From: Lingula anatina | Lineage: Eukaryota > Animalia > Brachiopoda | Assembly: GCA_051362555.1 (NCBI GenBank) | Contig: CM120644.1 | Span: forward strand, 17,754,534 to 17,818,533 | Direction: 5' to 3' | DNA length: 64,000 nucleotides | Shown: piece after piece, positions 12,493 to 24,900 of the stretch | Position numbering within the stretch: position 1 is the first letter of the stretch | Layout: each line of letters starts with the position of its first letter | The notes under the pieces: generated by a model | Databases searched by the model: none | What the model saw: only the letters and a program-made list of their open reading frames with translations | What the model was told of the DNA's origin: nothing | Position numbers and translations under genes: made by a program

Positions 12493-13310
12493 TATCATCA
12501 TTATGCAAATGAACATGAAAATAAAGGGGGGGGGGCAAAAATTTAATTTAGTACAGCTCTTAGTCTTTTCAGTATCACCTGCACTCTCTCGCTCTCGGCA
12601 GCGGCAGCACCTTGGCTCTACGGCAACGGCGACAGTGGCAGCACCTGGACTCTCAGCAGCGATAGCTGTCCTCTCATCGGCCCTCGGCGACAGCTGTCTG
12701 TTCAGCAACGGTCTTCTAAGCAGCAATCATCACTAGCGGTGATCTCTCAGCAGCCTTCTGCAGTTAATTGTTTTTAATCGATTTTTTACATTGTTATTTT
12801 TTGTTACATAAAATTCATTATTTTTGCGTGCGAAATGTGTTTGTTGCGCTTATCGAACATTTTTGAGTTGTGCCCACTGTGTTCGTCTTCTTTCAATATT
12901 TTTTATCAAATCAGCGATGAAAATAAAAATATAATCAAATAGACTGTAATTTTGAAGATATCTAAAAATGATTAAAATGATTAACTTAAACATAAAGATT
13001 CATATTCAAACCGATTTTATCTGTATCAGATCTTTTCCTTCGTGATCACAAAGTTGGTTCCACAGCATAGTGCATTGTAGTCCACAAATGAACTGATGGA
13101 AGCCTGAGCAACAGTTTCCAACACAATCTTCAGAACCCCCCTGCCCCCCCTCCCCCCCCTCCCCCCCACCACGAACGCATCATGTAACACGTTAAACACG
13201 CGTTGAAGAAGGAAATCTTGAGTAAGCATAAAAACGAGACACGCCCTCACTGAAGCAGTTGGCGACAACTTGAACTCTGAACGTGTACTTAAAGTTAGTG
13301 ACATGAAGGA

Positions 13311-13464
13311 CGGTGTCACGAAACTTAGGGTCCATGCTCCATATAGTTATATTGGATAGGGTTAGTTTGATCTACGTAGGTCAAAATCTAGGGCAAGGCT
13401 CACCTGTACAAATGAATGGGAAGCGGAATCTCTGTCACGGGGAACTTTCTGGTACATGACACCG
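13311..13464. mobile_element. Possible small MITE
   Basis: Short inverted termini cggtgtcacg ... catgacaccg; no clear TSD. Confidence 0.35.
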
Positions 13465-15077
13465 GGCCTGTTTTTTTTTCATTAAAAAGTCGATGACAAT
13501 AACGAATAACGAAGGACCAAAGATTTTATACTATAATAACATTTATTTCAATAAATGTTAAATGTACAGTAGGCCTTCACACTAGAATACACTCACATGA
13601 ACTGGGGTAAATGAAACTGACACCGTGAGCTTGGCGACCTAGATCTAACCCTGTGTCTAATCGATGTCTTCGTCGTGGAAGAATTGTGAACTGGGGTATC
13701 TCGGGGAACCTTAAGGTAACATTCTCTATAATCACGGCTGAACGCCCGCTTTATTCCTCTGCATATTTTCTCATGCTTCACCCCGTCAGGTGAAGCAAAG
13801 CCCCAGTGTCCCCGATGTGGTTATTGTGCACTATGTTGTTATGATGCGATTTCATTGCTGATTTTGGCTATCACAGAATGTGTGACAACAATGATGATAA
13901 TAACATAATGGATAAAAAATTATAATGGGGGGTGTCGGATTTGATCCTAGGCAATTTTCAAGTCACCTATGGGGACAGGCTGGTACATGTACTCGCAACA
14001 AACAACTTTCAATATGTGACACGAAAGGAATTTCTTCAAAAGCCATAGGTCATAGGAGGGAGGCCACAAAAGATGCATAATTATTACATTATTACTTATG
14101 TCAAATCAGTGTCGCTAAACTCGCCCAAATACCTCTTCATGAATAGTTTTTAAATAGCTAAACCTTAAAGAAGACGATAGATTATTCCTCAAAACATTAT
14201 ACTCGTACAGATATTACATGTAGCAGTTGCATACTATTACTCTATATATTGAAGAGAAAATCAGTAGGTAATTTTCAGGACCAGATATTTAAAGCAGTGC
14301 AATTTTAAAGCTTTTTTTCTGCTACATTATTATTTCTATTTTTCATTTTATTTATTTTTCTTTGAACGTGGATTTTATTTTCGCTTTGTAAGAAATTTGG
14401 TACTTATATTTCATAAACGGTGCAAGGTATGTATGCTCACCTCTTTAGTACCATTGTGAATACCTTTAAATACATGTAAATCATAAAAAACTACGTCGCG
14501 GGTCGAGGCCCTTGTCAACCTGCGTCAAGTTTCAAGTTCATTTTTTTAAATATATTTTTGTCGCTTTAACAAGGAAAATGTTAATTTCCAACATGCATGG
14601 TCAGCTAACCCTATCGTCTTGCAGATCGGGCCATTTGCGCCATAGTAGATCCACAGATCTCTGACTCGGTATCTGACCCTTGAACACCCTGCCTGCAGGG
14701 CACGGCAGTTACCATTACTTGCACGTTTTTGGACGTGACCGCGATAGCACTTTGATACGAGATTTTTGTGACGTACTTCAAACCGGTTTTGGCAGGGACG
14801 ACTATACAGAGTAGAAAAAAAATTAACAAGAGTTTGACTTGGTCGCAGATCTAGAGCTAGAGGACGCAATATACAAGTAAAAGCTGCGTTGTCATTTTTT
14901 AGGTGCCGGCTTGGGGACCATGGCCGTCTTCCTGTTGGCCGTGTGTAATACCGGTAGATGCTTTTTCTAAAGAACGGTACTCTTAAAAGTGGTAAAAATA
15001 TCGACTTTACATTCTTATGAGCTCACTTTCAGTACTTTAAAAGAGAACACCCAACAGGAGGAGTAAAAGCGTGTAAC

Positions 15078-18000
15078 ATGACAACGGATAAATTCGCCGT
15101 GATATTTAGTTCGTTTTATTACCATAGTCTCTTCAATGGAGTTGAGTATTCATCAGGCCTGTATATTGGCTTATTGTCGGATTATTTCAAAGCAAAAGAA
15201 GAAAGTATTGCATGGATTTTAGCTTTACTCCTTTGCGCCTTTGGATTGTTTGGTGAGTAATGGCGCACTTAGCTGTGGAGGGGGCGTGAACAAATGTAGT
15301 TGCTTTTATCAGGAATCACTTTTAGTTGTAGCTTATGGAAGAGGGCGCTTGGTTGCACTGCCCGCATTACCTACCCTTGCTGTGGCAGGAATGGTAGTCT
15401 TCTAGGAACCGTAGTGCTTTCCCCATTACTTTGTACAGGTGACTTTTGTCTTATATACTAACCCCAATACTCCGACTAATCTTATCCTGTACTCATAATA
15501 TGGGACTCTGGACTGCCATTCCTAGTACAACCATTACTGTCACACCTGTGTTCAGGAACCCGCATACGGGACCATTCACACTGTGCTAACTGCTTAAGAC
15601 CCTTTCTATATTGAGGTTACATGAACGCCGCGTATTTTATACGTTACCAAACTCGCAAAGTGCACCCACCGGTAGATTGTATAGCTTAACTATACCACTT
15701 CAAGTGAGAAGGACCTAAATAAATAAAGACCACAGAGGTTGCAATGAAGAGTCTACTAGTACTTTTTGAAATAGGGACTATTAAAGCGTGCTTCGCGGAA
15801 TCTGCCTTGGAAGCGCCCCCCCCCCCCCCCCACCCACCTCCTAACGCAGTCAATACACCCTCCCAGTAAACCTGGCATCAATATAGTGTTATTGTGCCAA
15901 GTAAGTGATCATAAGGAAAATTGAGTGCTAGTACGTTGCATATTATTCTATTTGCCTTTTTTCGTACTTTTTAAAACTTTTTTTGTGAACTTTTTTTCCA
16001 CTTCAGGTATGCCCGCCGGAATTTTGGTTCCAGTACTGGGCTTCCGGCTTTCGGCTGTGATTGGCTCTGTCCTAGCGTTCTTGGGGCTGGTTCTCAGCAG
16101 TATGGCCCCAAGTCTGGATTTTCTGCGCGTCTCCTTCGGCATCCTCCAAGCCATGGGGCTCAGTTTCCTTGGAATCACCAGCTCCGTGAGCGTCCAGCAC
16201 TGCTTCGATGATAGCCCACTAAAGGGGTTGGCACTGGGAATTGCAACTTCTGGCAGTGGCGCTGGACTTTTCGTCCTTTCTCCGTTGGTACAGTCAATGG
16301 CGTCCATGTTTAACTGGAGGGTGGCAATGATTGCCACGGCCGCGTATTCTTCTATTGGAATACTGCTTGGACTTTTCTTAAGATTTGAGTACAAGAATGA
16401 CAAGGCTATATCGAACGAAAGCCAAAAGGGCAATCAGGGTCTTGGATCTCTGTCGGACTTGTTTCAGCCGAAAACCCAGCAAGGCTATTCAGGAGAAGCG
16501 GACAATTCAACAAGCACCTCATGGATGGCGATCGTGTGCAATTTACGATACCTTCGTGTCATATTATCGGTGTCATTTTTCCAATGGGGAAAAAACATGA
16601 CCTTGGCGTTCTTGCCATCTTTTGCCAAAGAAAAAGGGATGAGTTCAGACAACGCCTCCTGTTTGCTTGTAGTCATTGGCATATTCGTCGTCATAGGGCG
16701 CATAGGAGCAACGTGCCTGACGGATGTTCGGTTTTTCTCGGTAGCAACATGGCTTGTCATATATGGTCTTCTTGGTGGCGGTTCTGTTGCTCTTCTTGTC
16801 GTGAGCTCTAAGTTGGTCCATCTGCTCATACTCGTTGCACTGTTTGGGTTTTGCCAAGGTAAGGTTAAAGTTGAGTTTGTTCGTCTACTTCAATATATTT
16901 ACGCAGCCAGCAAGGGGTGTCAGTTCTTTGGGGTTTCTGAAAAATCTATCGGATCGAAAGTTTTCCCCGGGTCACCCCTCGATATCATTGATACGCCAGT
17001 GCTCGTACTTTGTAATGCAAAAGCTCAGAAATGGGTGGGGTTCAACACAGTTAGTGTCCAAGAAGGAGCAGGTGTGTGTTTATGTTGTTGTTATCTATGT
17101 ATTTAATTCATACCTGTATATCAAAACTCGTGTATGCAACAGCAATTTTCACAGTAAATGTTTTCAGGGTTAAAACAGTTCGGTTCAGGATATTGACATA
17201 TTTTGGGAATGTAGGAGCCTCAGATGTCATGTCTGAACTGTAGCATTATAAAGGGGAGCCCCTGATTTTGGAACCTGTTTTACAGTTATATGCGTTTAAA
17301 AATCAATGTAACGATATTGTAAGTTTGAACACTGGACCCCTTTCACAAAATAACTTATTCAGTAGCATGGTTACTTTTTAAGTTCAACCACTGTAGGCTA
17401 CTTATATTTGATCCAAGAAAAATCTTAGGGCAGCGAGCGGTCTAAAACCTTTTAGTCTCACGTTGATCAATTACTGAAATAGATCAGATCATCGTGAGAC
17501 TAACCTTCCGTACTACTGATAAAAGGGATAGTTTAATTCTCAGAGCTAGATATGCTTTTCTGCAAGTTGAAGATCTACAATCCTAATTTTTAGGGGCAAA
17601 GCTTACCATTCCTTGCTTGCTGTTGCGTGATGTAGTGGGCTTCGACCATCTACCGCATGCATTTGGCTTAATGTCGGTCTCCCAGGGACTTATTGCATTA
17701 GCGACACCACTGGGTGGTAAGTGAGTAAAACTTTTAAAAAGATGAAAGATGAGATATAAACTTTTTAAAGCATGACGAAAACATCTTTGTATGTGTTAAG
17801 TTATTATAGTTCTAAAGTTGTCATACATAAGGGTGTGGCATTATTTATGGACTGCGTTAGAATAAACCGCTAGGCCTACTGATCCGAATGGGGATTCATG
17901 CGGATTTTTAAAAACACTCGATATAAGAATAAGATGTACACAAATGCATCAAAAGAATGGCATTTTTCTCATTTCTCAACAACAAGCATCAAATATTGAA

Positions 18001-18572
18001 GGTACAGAATGCAGGGGCGGATCCAGGATTATTTGAAGGGGGGTCCGCAGATGCGAAGCCGATACTCCCCCTCCCCCCTGCCCCTTGGTGTGGGGTTCGG
18101 TGCCCGGTGAAGGGCCCCGAAAATTTTAGGTATTTTATAGGGCGAAAGGTGCCATTTGGTACGGTTTAGGATTATGTTTCAGCTAGTCAAAATTCAAGAG
18201 GGGACCATTGTTTGATTCTTCTGTGAGAACGAAGGGGGGGTGGTGGTCAGGACCCCCTGCCATCCCCTAAAGCCGCCACTGATATGATTGAGCAGTATAC
18301 TCCTAGCAAATTAGACACGCTAGGAGGAAGGGGGAGGGGGGCGGGGCGATCCCTCTTGTGGCGTAAAAAAGCAATATTCAAATTGTGTTAGTTGCGCTGA
18401 CGGTGCATATGTGAGTTGTGCCCGTTGTGTTCCGCTTATTCCGATATTGATTATCATATCAGCTACGAAAAACTATAATATAATAGCTGTTAATTCCTAA
18501 GATATCTCAAAGTGATGAAAATGATCAACTTAACCGTAAGGTATGTATCTCGTAACGATTTATGTCTCCTTG

Positions 18573-18615
<43 letters not shown>

Positions 18616-18733
18616 ATATCGAATTATTTTACTTCTAGGTTGGTTAAAGGACCATTTCTCCACTCATCAAATCACCTTCATTGCAAGCAGCTGTATGATA
18701 TTTTCCTCGGGACTACTTATGTTATCATTATGA
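15078..18733 (+). CDS. SLC16/monocarboxylate transporter-like MFS protein; exons 15078-15252, 16007-16858, 17594-17716, 18639-18733
   Basis: Multiple hydrophobic helices with MCT-like segments (GLSFLG...SVQHCF...KGLALGIATSGSGAG, FLPSFAKEKG, IGRI, LRDVVGFDHLPHAFGLM, GWLKD). All three introns are GT-AG and phase 1, giving one continuous frame to TGA at 18731-18733. Confidence 0.88.
18012..18281. mobile_element. hAT-like MITE remnant
   Basis: Termini caggggcggatccagg ... gccgccactg resemble common invertebrate non-autonomous elements; TSD not preserved. Confidence 0.45.
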
Positions 18734-19687
18734 AGTTAAAGGACAGAAGACATTGACTTTGATTGAAACTACACGTATCCATCCTTAAAGTGACAAGGAG
18801 AATTTGTTTCTTGATTCATCTGTTTTAATTTATGTCGTCCTGACATACCATTGTATTATGAAATTCAACACAACCGGAAATACACATACAACTTGGTGTA
18901 TATTAATATTGATTGACATATAATTATTGTCTATAACTCCGTCACGTGTTGCCTATCAAATTTAAACTCCGCGGGAAAGAAGGAAGCTCATGTGACAAAC
19001 ATCTCAATCTTTGATCTCGGGAGATTTTATGTGATCCTCAGTTTTTTCTTTAATAGAGAACAGCACTTTTGACAACGATGGATGACTCTTCCTTGAACGC
19101 CCTTGTTCTGTGAAAAATTATAGTTAAAGTTCTGAGGTCGCAACACCAGTAGCTGGTGTCCTAATATCTAACAAAAAAGCCTTTACCTTTGGTATTTAGA
19201 TTTCATAAAGATCTGTCGATCCCAACCTCGCCACTTTTTACTCCCTTGGGGACTCGGTTCACAAAAGGTCTAAACGCTGTTTCGTAAATACCCGACTTAG
19301 ATTCAATATAAACATAATGTAAGATTCAACGAAGCGACTTCCCAAGATTATAAGAGGCTTTGAGTGTAATCCGTAGAGCAGGTGTCAAATTCAAAAACTA
19401 CAACTATAAAAAAATGGTTACTGGTGTAAATTGCATACACTTTTCACTTGTATTAAAAGCCCAGCCATGGTTGAATTCCAAGGGCCGGATTTACAGAATA
19501 AATATAAAAAGTCAAATGTTAAAATGTCGGTCCTTTCTTCACAAACGTACTCTTTGGGCTGCTTTTTCTCCAGTTGTAACCCAAGGAACTGGATCAACTG
19601 AAAACACTAGTAGTTCCATACATTATGTAAATTTAACCCAAGAAATGCCCTAATTTATGAAGATCGAAACCAATTTATCTTAAAAAA

Positions 19688-19887
19688 AGAGCGCATTAGG
19701 AACAGCGAACTAACAGATTCGCGGATCAAATATGGCCGACCCATCTGAATGCTTGTTGCGTAATCCCTGGCCTAATTCCGCACGGGGAATCTATTCAATG
19801 TCTAATAGAGGATTAAGCCACAAGTTTTTTAGTGGGTCGCCATATTTGATCCGCGGATCTGTCAGTCCGCTGTTCTGAATGCGTTCT
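19688..19887. mobile_element. MITE family A (PIF/Harbinger-like), copy 1
   Basis: Inverted arms gcgcatt...cgcggatcaaatatggc / gccatatttgatccgcg...aatgcgt; related copies at ~34116-34333, ~36934-37139 and ~48500-48785. Confidence 0.7.
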
Positions 19888-20136
19888 TAAAGCAAGGACC
19901 AACGTTTGGTTTATGCTCTGTACAAGTGCAACGGGGCTTTCTTGGAGATGTCCCTTGTCGGTAGGAGTTACCCTGGCTGTCTTTAACAAATTAACCTAGT
20001 CAATGCAACGCACAGGTGCCCGTCCTCTCCCCGTCTAATCTCGGGTCACGACTGCATGTCACCTCCAGTTCACTAATCTTCTGCCCCAGACGGTTTCTTT
20101 GCAACAGACGCGGTGTTATATCTTGCGCGCATCGTA

Positions 20137-20301
20137 ATGGCTGAGCGCAAGACTAAACGAGGTGAGCAATTGATCATATAGTTATATACAGACCGAACTA
20201 TTTGATGTAACGGTAGTCATAGTTAAACAGCGGAACTCTTGTGTGCGTGTGTGTGTGTGTGTGTTTGTGTGTGCGTGTGTGCGAGAGAGAGCGAGAGAGA
20301 C

Positions 20302-20333
<32 letters not shown>

Positions 20334-21153
20334 CGTAGCTGCAAGCCAACCTGCAGTAACAGAAGAGGGTTAAAAAGTGGAGCGCAAGATTGGGTCAAAC
20401 TGGAACGTGCACAAGGCGGGCTGTGTGTGTGGGGGAAGGGGGGGGGGGGAATACTAGGTATATTTTACAGTACTTCCATATCGCAGTCTAATACATGCGG
20501 GAAAGAACGTATCCTTTGAAAACTAAAGGAAGGCAAATGACAACAAAATTAATGAGGCGGGGATCGTCTATAGCACAGGTAAGTTCTCAGGTAAACCTAC
20601 AATTACGTACATATTGCAATAGCAGTATACATAACGTGCTCTAATAATTCACGCTAATACAAGGGCAGCACTATAAAAAAAACATCAGTGCAAAATATAG
20701 GCCTTGTTGTATCTTTTGTTTGCTTAGCAAACATATGGAGCACATTCACCCGATGATTTACATAAATGAAACGTTTGATGGTAGAAGATCTTTAAAAAAT
20801 CGCTCAAGAACGTGAGATCTCTCCAGTGGGCAAGCCTTGCGTAATTAGAATGGAGGTCCTTGCATTTACAGCTAAGGTATAGCATAGGCACAGGGACATG
20901 TGCTTTAACTTCACTATATGCCTCACAACAACGTTAACCCAGAATACCCTCCCAGGGAATTTAAAACCAAACAAATGTCCCGGGGGGACACTGGTGCGTG
21001 CCCCCAACCCCCACTTTCCTAAGCTCCGAATCACCCCCCCCCCCCCACGCTACCCCCTTAAAAAAAGGCATCTGCCAACGAAATGGAAGACTCGTAGCGG
21101 ATCCCGATCAACTATGCGTAACTTATATACGACATAACATCTCCCCCCCCCCC

Positions 21154-21195
<42 letters not shown>

Positions 21196-21846
21196 GAATT
21201 CTAATTCCTACAGCGCTTCCCCACATCTAAACTGTTCGATGATGAAGACCAAGGAAACGCGTTCATACTCTCACGCTATAAAGGAGCACGTTTATACTAT
21301 CCAGCCTACATTGTAAAGAAATGCAGCTCCACGCTTGAGGTTTTTAATCAGGGCTCATATCCCAGTTACGGGAGAGCTACAAAGAAACCAAACTGTTTAC
21401 TTTGTCTTGCTAAGATCACTGCCGTGTCACTTGCCCCATATTTTGGGATAAGAGTTGACAAGAATATACAAGCACCGCGTCTCATTTTTGATAATTTTGA
21501 ACAGAAGAAGCAGCCCAGCTACACAGTGCACTCAGCCAGCCCCCTTTAATCTCAGCCGATTGCTTCCGACATCCATATATTTCGTACCAATCGGAAACAT
21601 CTCCAGATTTTTTTAAAACAAAGATTGGCGTATTAGGTATAATTCCACATTGCTCATTCCCCGTATTACCTATCTCTCCACACATGTATTTAATTTTATT
21701 AATAAAATTCTAACGCTTATCCTAATATGATAATAGTAGCGGCAAAAACTGTTTTAAAGGGGGGAAATACAGTGGAGTTGCCCTTTACTATATCTTAATT
21801 AATCTCTTCGTAGTTTATTTTTACTTTACTTGATTTATATATGTTT

Positions 21847-21892
<46 letters not shown>

Positions 21893-21894
21893 AC

Positions 21895-21943
<49 letters not shown>

Positions 21944-24900
21944 AAATGCTCTTTTTTTCTGCGCGTGCAGGTCTTGTTGAACGCCTTCAAGCTGGGGAAA
22001 ATATCTTGGTCGCTGAGGGATATTTGTTTGAACTAGAGAGGCGCGGCTATTTGGAGGCCGGGGAATTCGTACCGGAAGTGGTTCTGGAAAACCCAGATGT
22101 TGTTCGCCAAATTCAGAAAGAGTTTGTACATGCCGGAAGTGACGTTGTTCTGGCCTTCACGGTACGTTATTTTGTTAAAGTATTTTTTAGCTCCAACATT
22201 TTAATGTAAATAACTATGAAACAATATGAAAGGTCAACCTAATTTTCCAAATACTAAAGATAAAAATGATTAAACATTTAAAAAAACTGAATGGGAATTT
22301 ACTAGACATCTCGTGTTATACAAGATCACACGCGCGAACGAATGCAGACACGCTTAGTATGGTTACAAATAGATATAATGATTGGTTATTGCCGGTAAAT
22401 GTCACTTCCATCTCAGTGTTGCAGTCTAACAAAATTCTTTATTTAAAAAATTGTTTGGTACGATATTATATTTTGTTTATCTGCCAACAGTTTTGTTTTA
22501 CAAATGTGGCTTAAATCTCTTTTTATTAAACAGTACTTTGGTTATCGAGAAAAACTGAAAAGAATCGGTAGAGAGGAAGACTTGGAGAAACTCAATCGTA
22601 CTGCGCTTAAAATGGCAAGAGAGGTAGCAGACGAGTCGGGAACCTTAATGGCGGGAAACATTTCCAATTCCACCATCTATGATCCAGATAATCCAGAAGT
22701 GAATGCATACGTGAAAGAAATGTTTAAGGTAAGATAACAACTAAACATTTTATACTAGTGCATGCTTGTGAAAAAGCGTACAATAAAAACGGTAGAAACC
22801 CAATGTTTATAATGAAGACACGCGAATCACACTTATTACTTTTACTGAAAACAAAAAATTATTTGTATTCAATTTGTCATGCTAAACGAAGTTCATGTAT
22901 CTTTTGAAGACCAAGAAGATAAAATGGGATGCGTACACTGAAACACGCGTACAGTGAAAGTACCATCCAAACACGAAGTAGTCTGTGTAACATAAACGTG
23001 CTAACTCTGTAAGCCGCCATGCTGGAACACACGTGTATTATTTTAAGTCGCTTACAACATTGTAAAATAAGAGGTGGTCGCTTAAGACAAATAAAATGTT
23101 ACATCTCCCTCTTTATAATCAACTAAGATTAATAAAGTAAATAAAAGCATGTAAATTAAAATAAATTCAGTTTTTGGTGTTCACAGTTCTTTGTGAGTGT
23201 TCACTTTAACTTAAAGTCTTTCAATGTTCAATGTGAGAAGAGCATTCAGAGTCTCTGATCGTCTAGTCCTTTTGTAAATAATTTTTATTTTTACTTTAAC
23301 TTAAAATTATTTCATGCTCCACAGAGAATGTCTTTAACAGTCCATTTAAATGAAAGAAAAGAAAATTAAAGAAAAGTCTTTGGCTGAGTCTTTGCATTAT
23401 AACCTAAAACTGCTTTAAAGCAAGTCCACATGAAAATCCACATGTAGTATTAAATTAATACTGAATCGCTCACAAAACACAAGTTATAAATTTAATCTGT
23501 CTGGCGGTTTCACCACACGACCAGATCTTGTTACAATCCTTGGGGTATTAAGGTGACTGATAGTAAAAGGACCAAAGTCATAGAAACAAAGCCCTGGGCT
23601 TATAAGTTTTTATAAAAAATTAAAACAAACTTCCCAAAAGGCCAATTAAAGACGGGGATTAAGTACAGTGTCCAACGGATGACGCTCTGGCGCCAATTTG
23701 AGGGGAAAAATGCTGTTTTCGGTATTGGGATTTTCTCTATAACCAAGACAGCTATTCAAGTGATTCAAAAGGCCTCATAAAGCTGGGTGAAAGCACTACA
23801 GCGCGGTACCAGGGAATTGTCTTAAACTATTTACTTTTGATTTTATCATCTTTTACGTTAAATCAGCCCATATTTCAATGGGTTATTCACTTCAAAAGGC
23901 GATAACTTTCAAACAAATAATAGTGAGATATACTTGGCAGCGATTCACTTATCTCGTCAATATAGAAAGCTGTTAAAACAGCCAAAAACGTTCACAGGTT
24001 GGTTAACAGGGCTTATTAGTCAAATGCTTAGCTGGCAAATTTACCTGTTATCGGTTATACGATCAGATGGAACCATTGTTTATTGTCATCTAAAAATATT
24101 TTGTTTGGGTGCTTTGAAGGGGCAGAAAATCGTGCTTTTGTTACATTTTCCGACCACTCGTTAGGCATGTAAGCGTGCCGCCATTTTGATTGACAGCTCT
24201 GGAGAGGGCCCTAGCCTAGTGATGCCCCGTAGGGTGTCAAGGATATGGAGAAGGAAGCGCTAACAAAGGCGATTACGTTTAACCGCAATTAAGAGGTGTG
24301 AAGTTACATTTGAACGTTTCAATGGCTCTTTCTCGGCAATCGAGTAATTTTACCTGAGTGATTCCTTCTTTGTTATCGGCAAAGTGATCACATAAAACTG
24401 TGTCGAGAGCAAGTGTCCGTCACTTGTGTTAATACGAGTTTTTTGACGGGTAACGCTGCAGGATTATTTTGCACGACACTTGGTAATCGTCAGATCAACG
24501 GAAAAAGTCCAGTGATTACTTCATAGTGGTATCTCTCAAAATGCCAGCTAAGATAAAGGGGAGACGCTCAGCTGCACAAGAATCAGCGATAAAAGTGGCT
24601 GAGAGAAGGCTTTTGAATAAATATTTTATTTTTACACACATGACACTTAGACCCTATTTGCTTTTTACCTGCTAGTCTTGACTATTCTCGGGGTCTTTTT
24701 GTGATTTTCATTTTTGGATACATTTTGAACTCTTTCTTCCCGCTTGATCAGTGATTTTGAAATTGTTTTTCTCCAAACATCGCAAAATGCAAAGCCGCTA
24801 ACATGCGTTTTTATTTTTATTGTTTTAATCATGCTGTCAACCCTTGCTTGGGTTTCTCTCGTTTGTCCATTCACATCACAATTTTTCGCGTGTCTCTCAA

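Noticed and set aside
15948-16857. Minus-strand ORFs over the transporter exon
   Set aside because: Antisense shadows of the SLC16 coding exon
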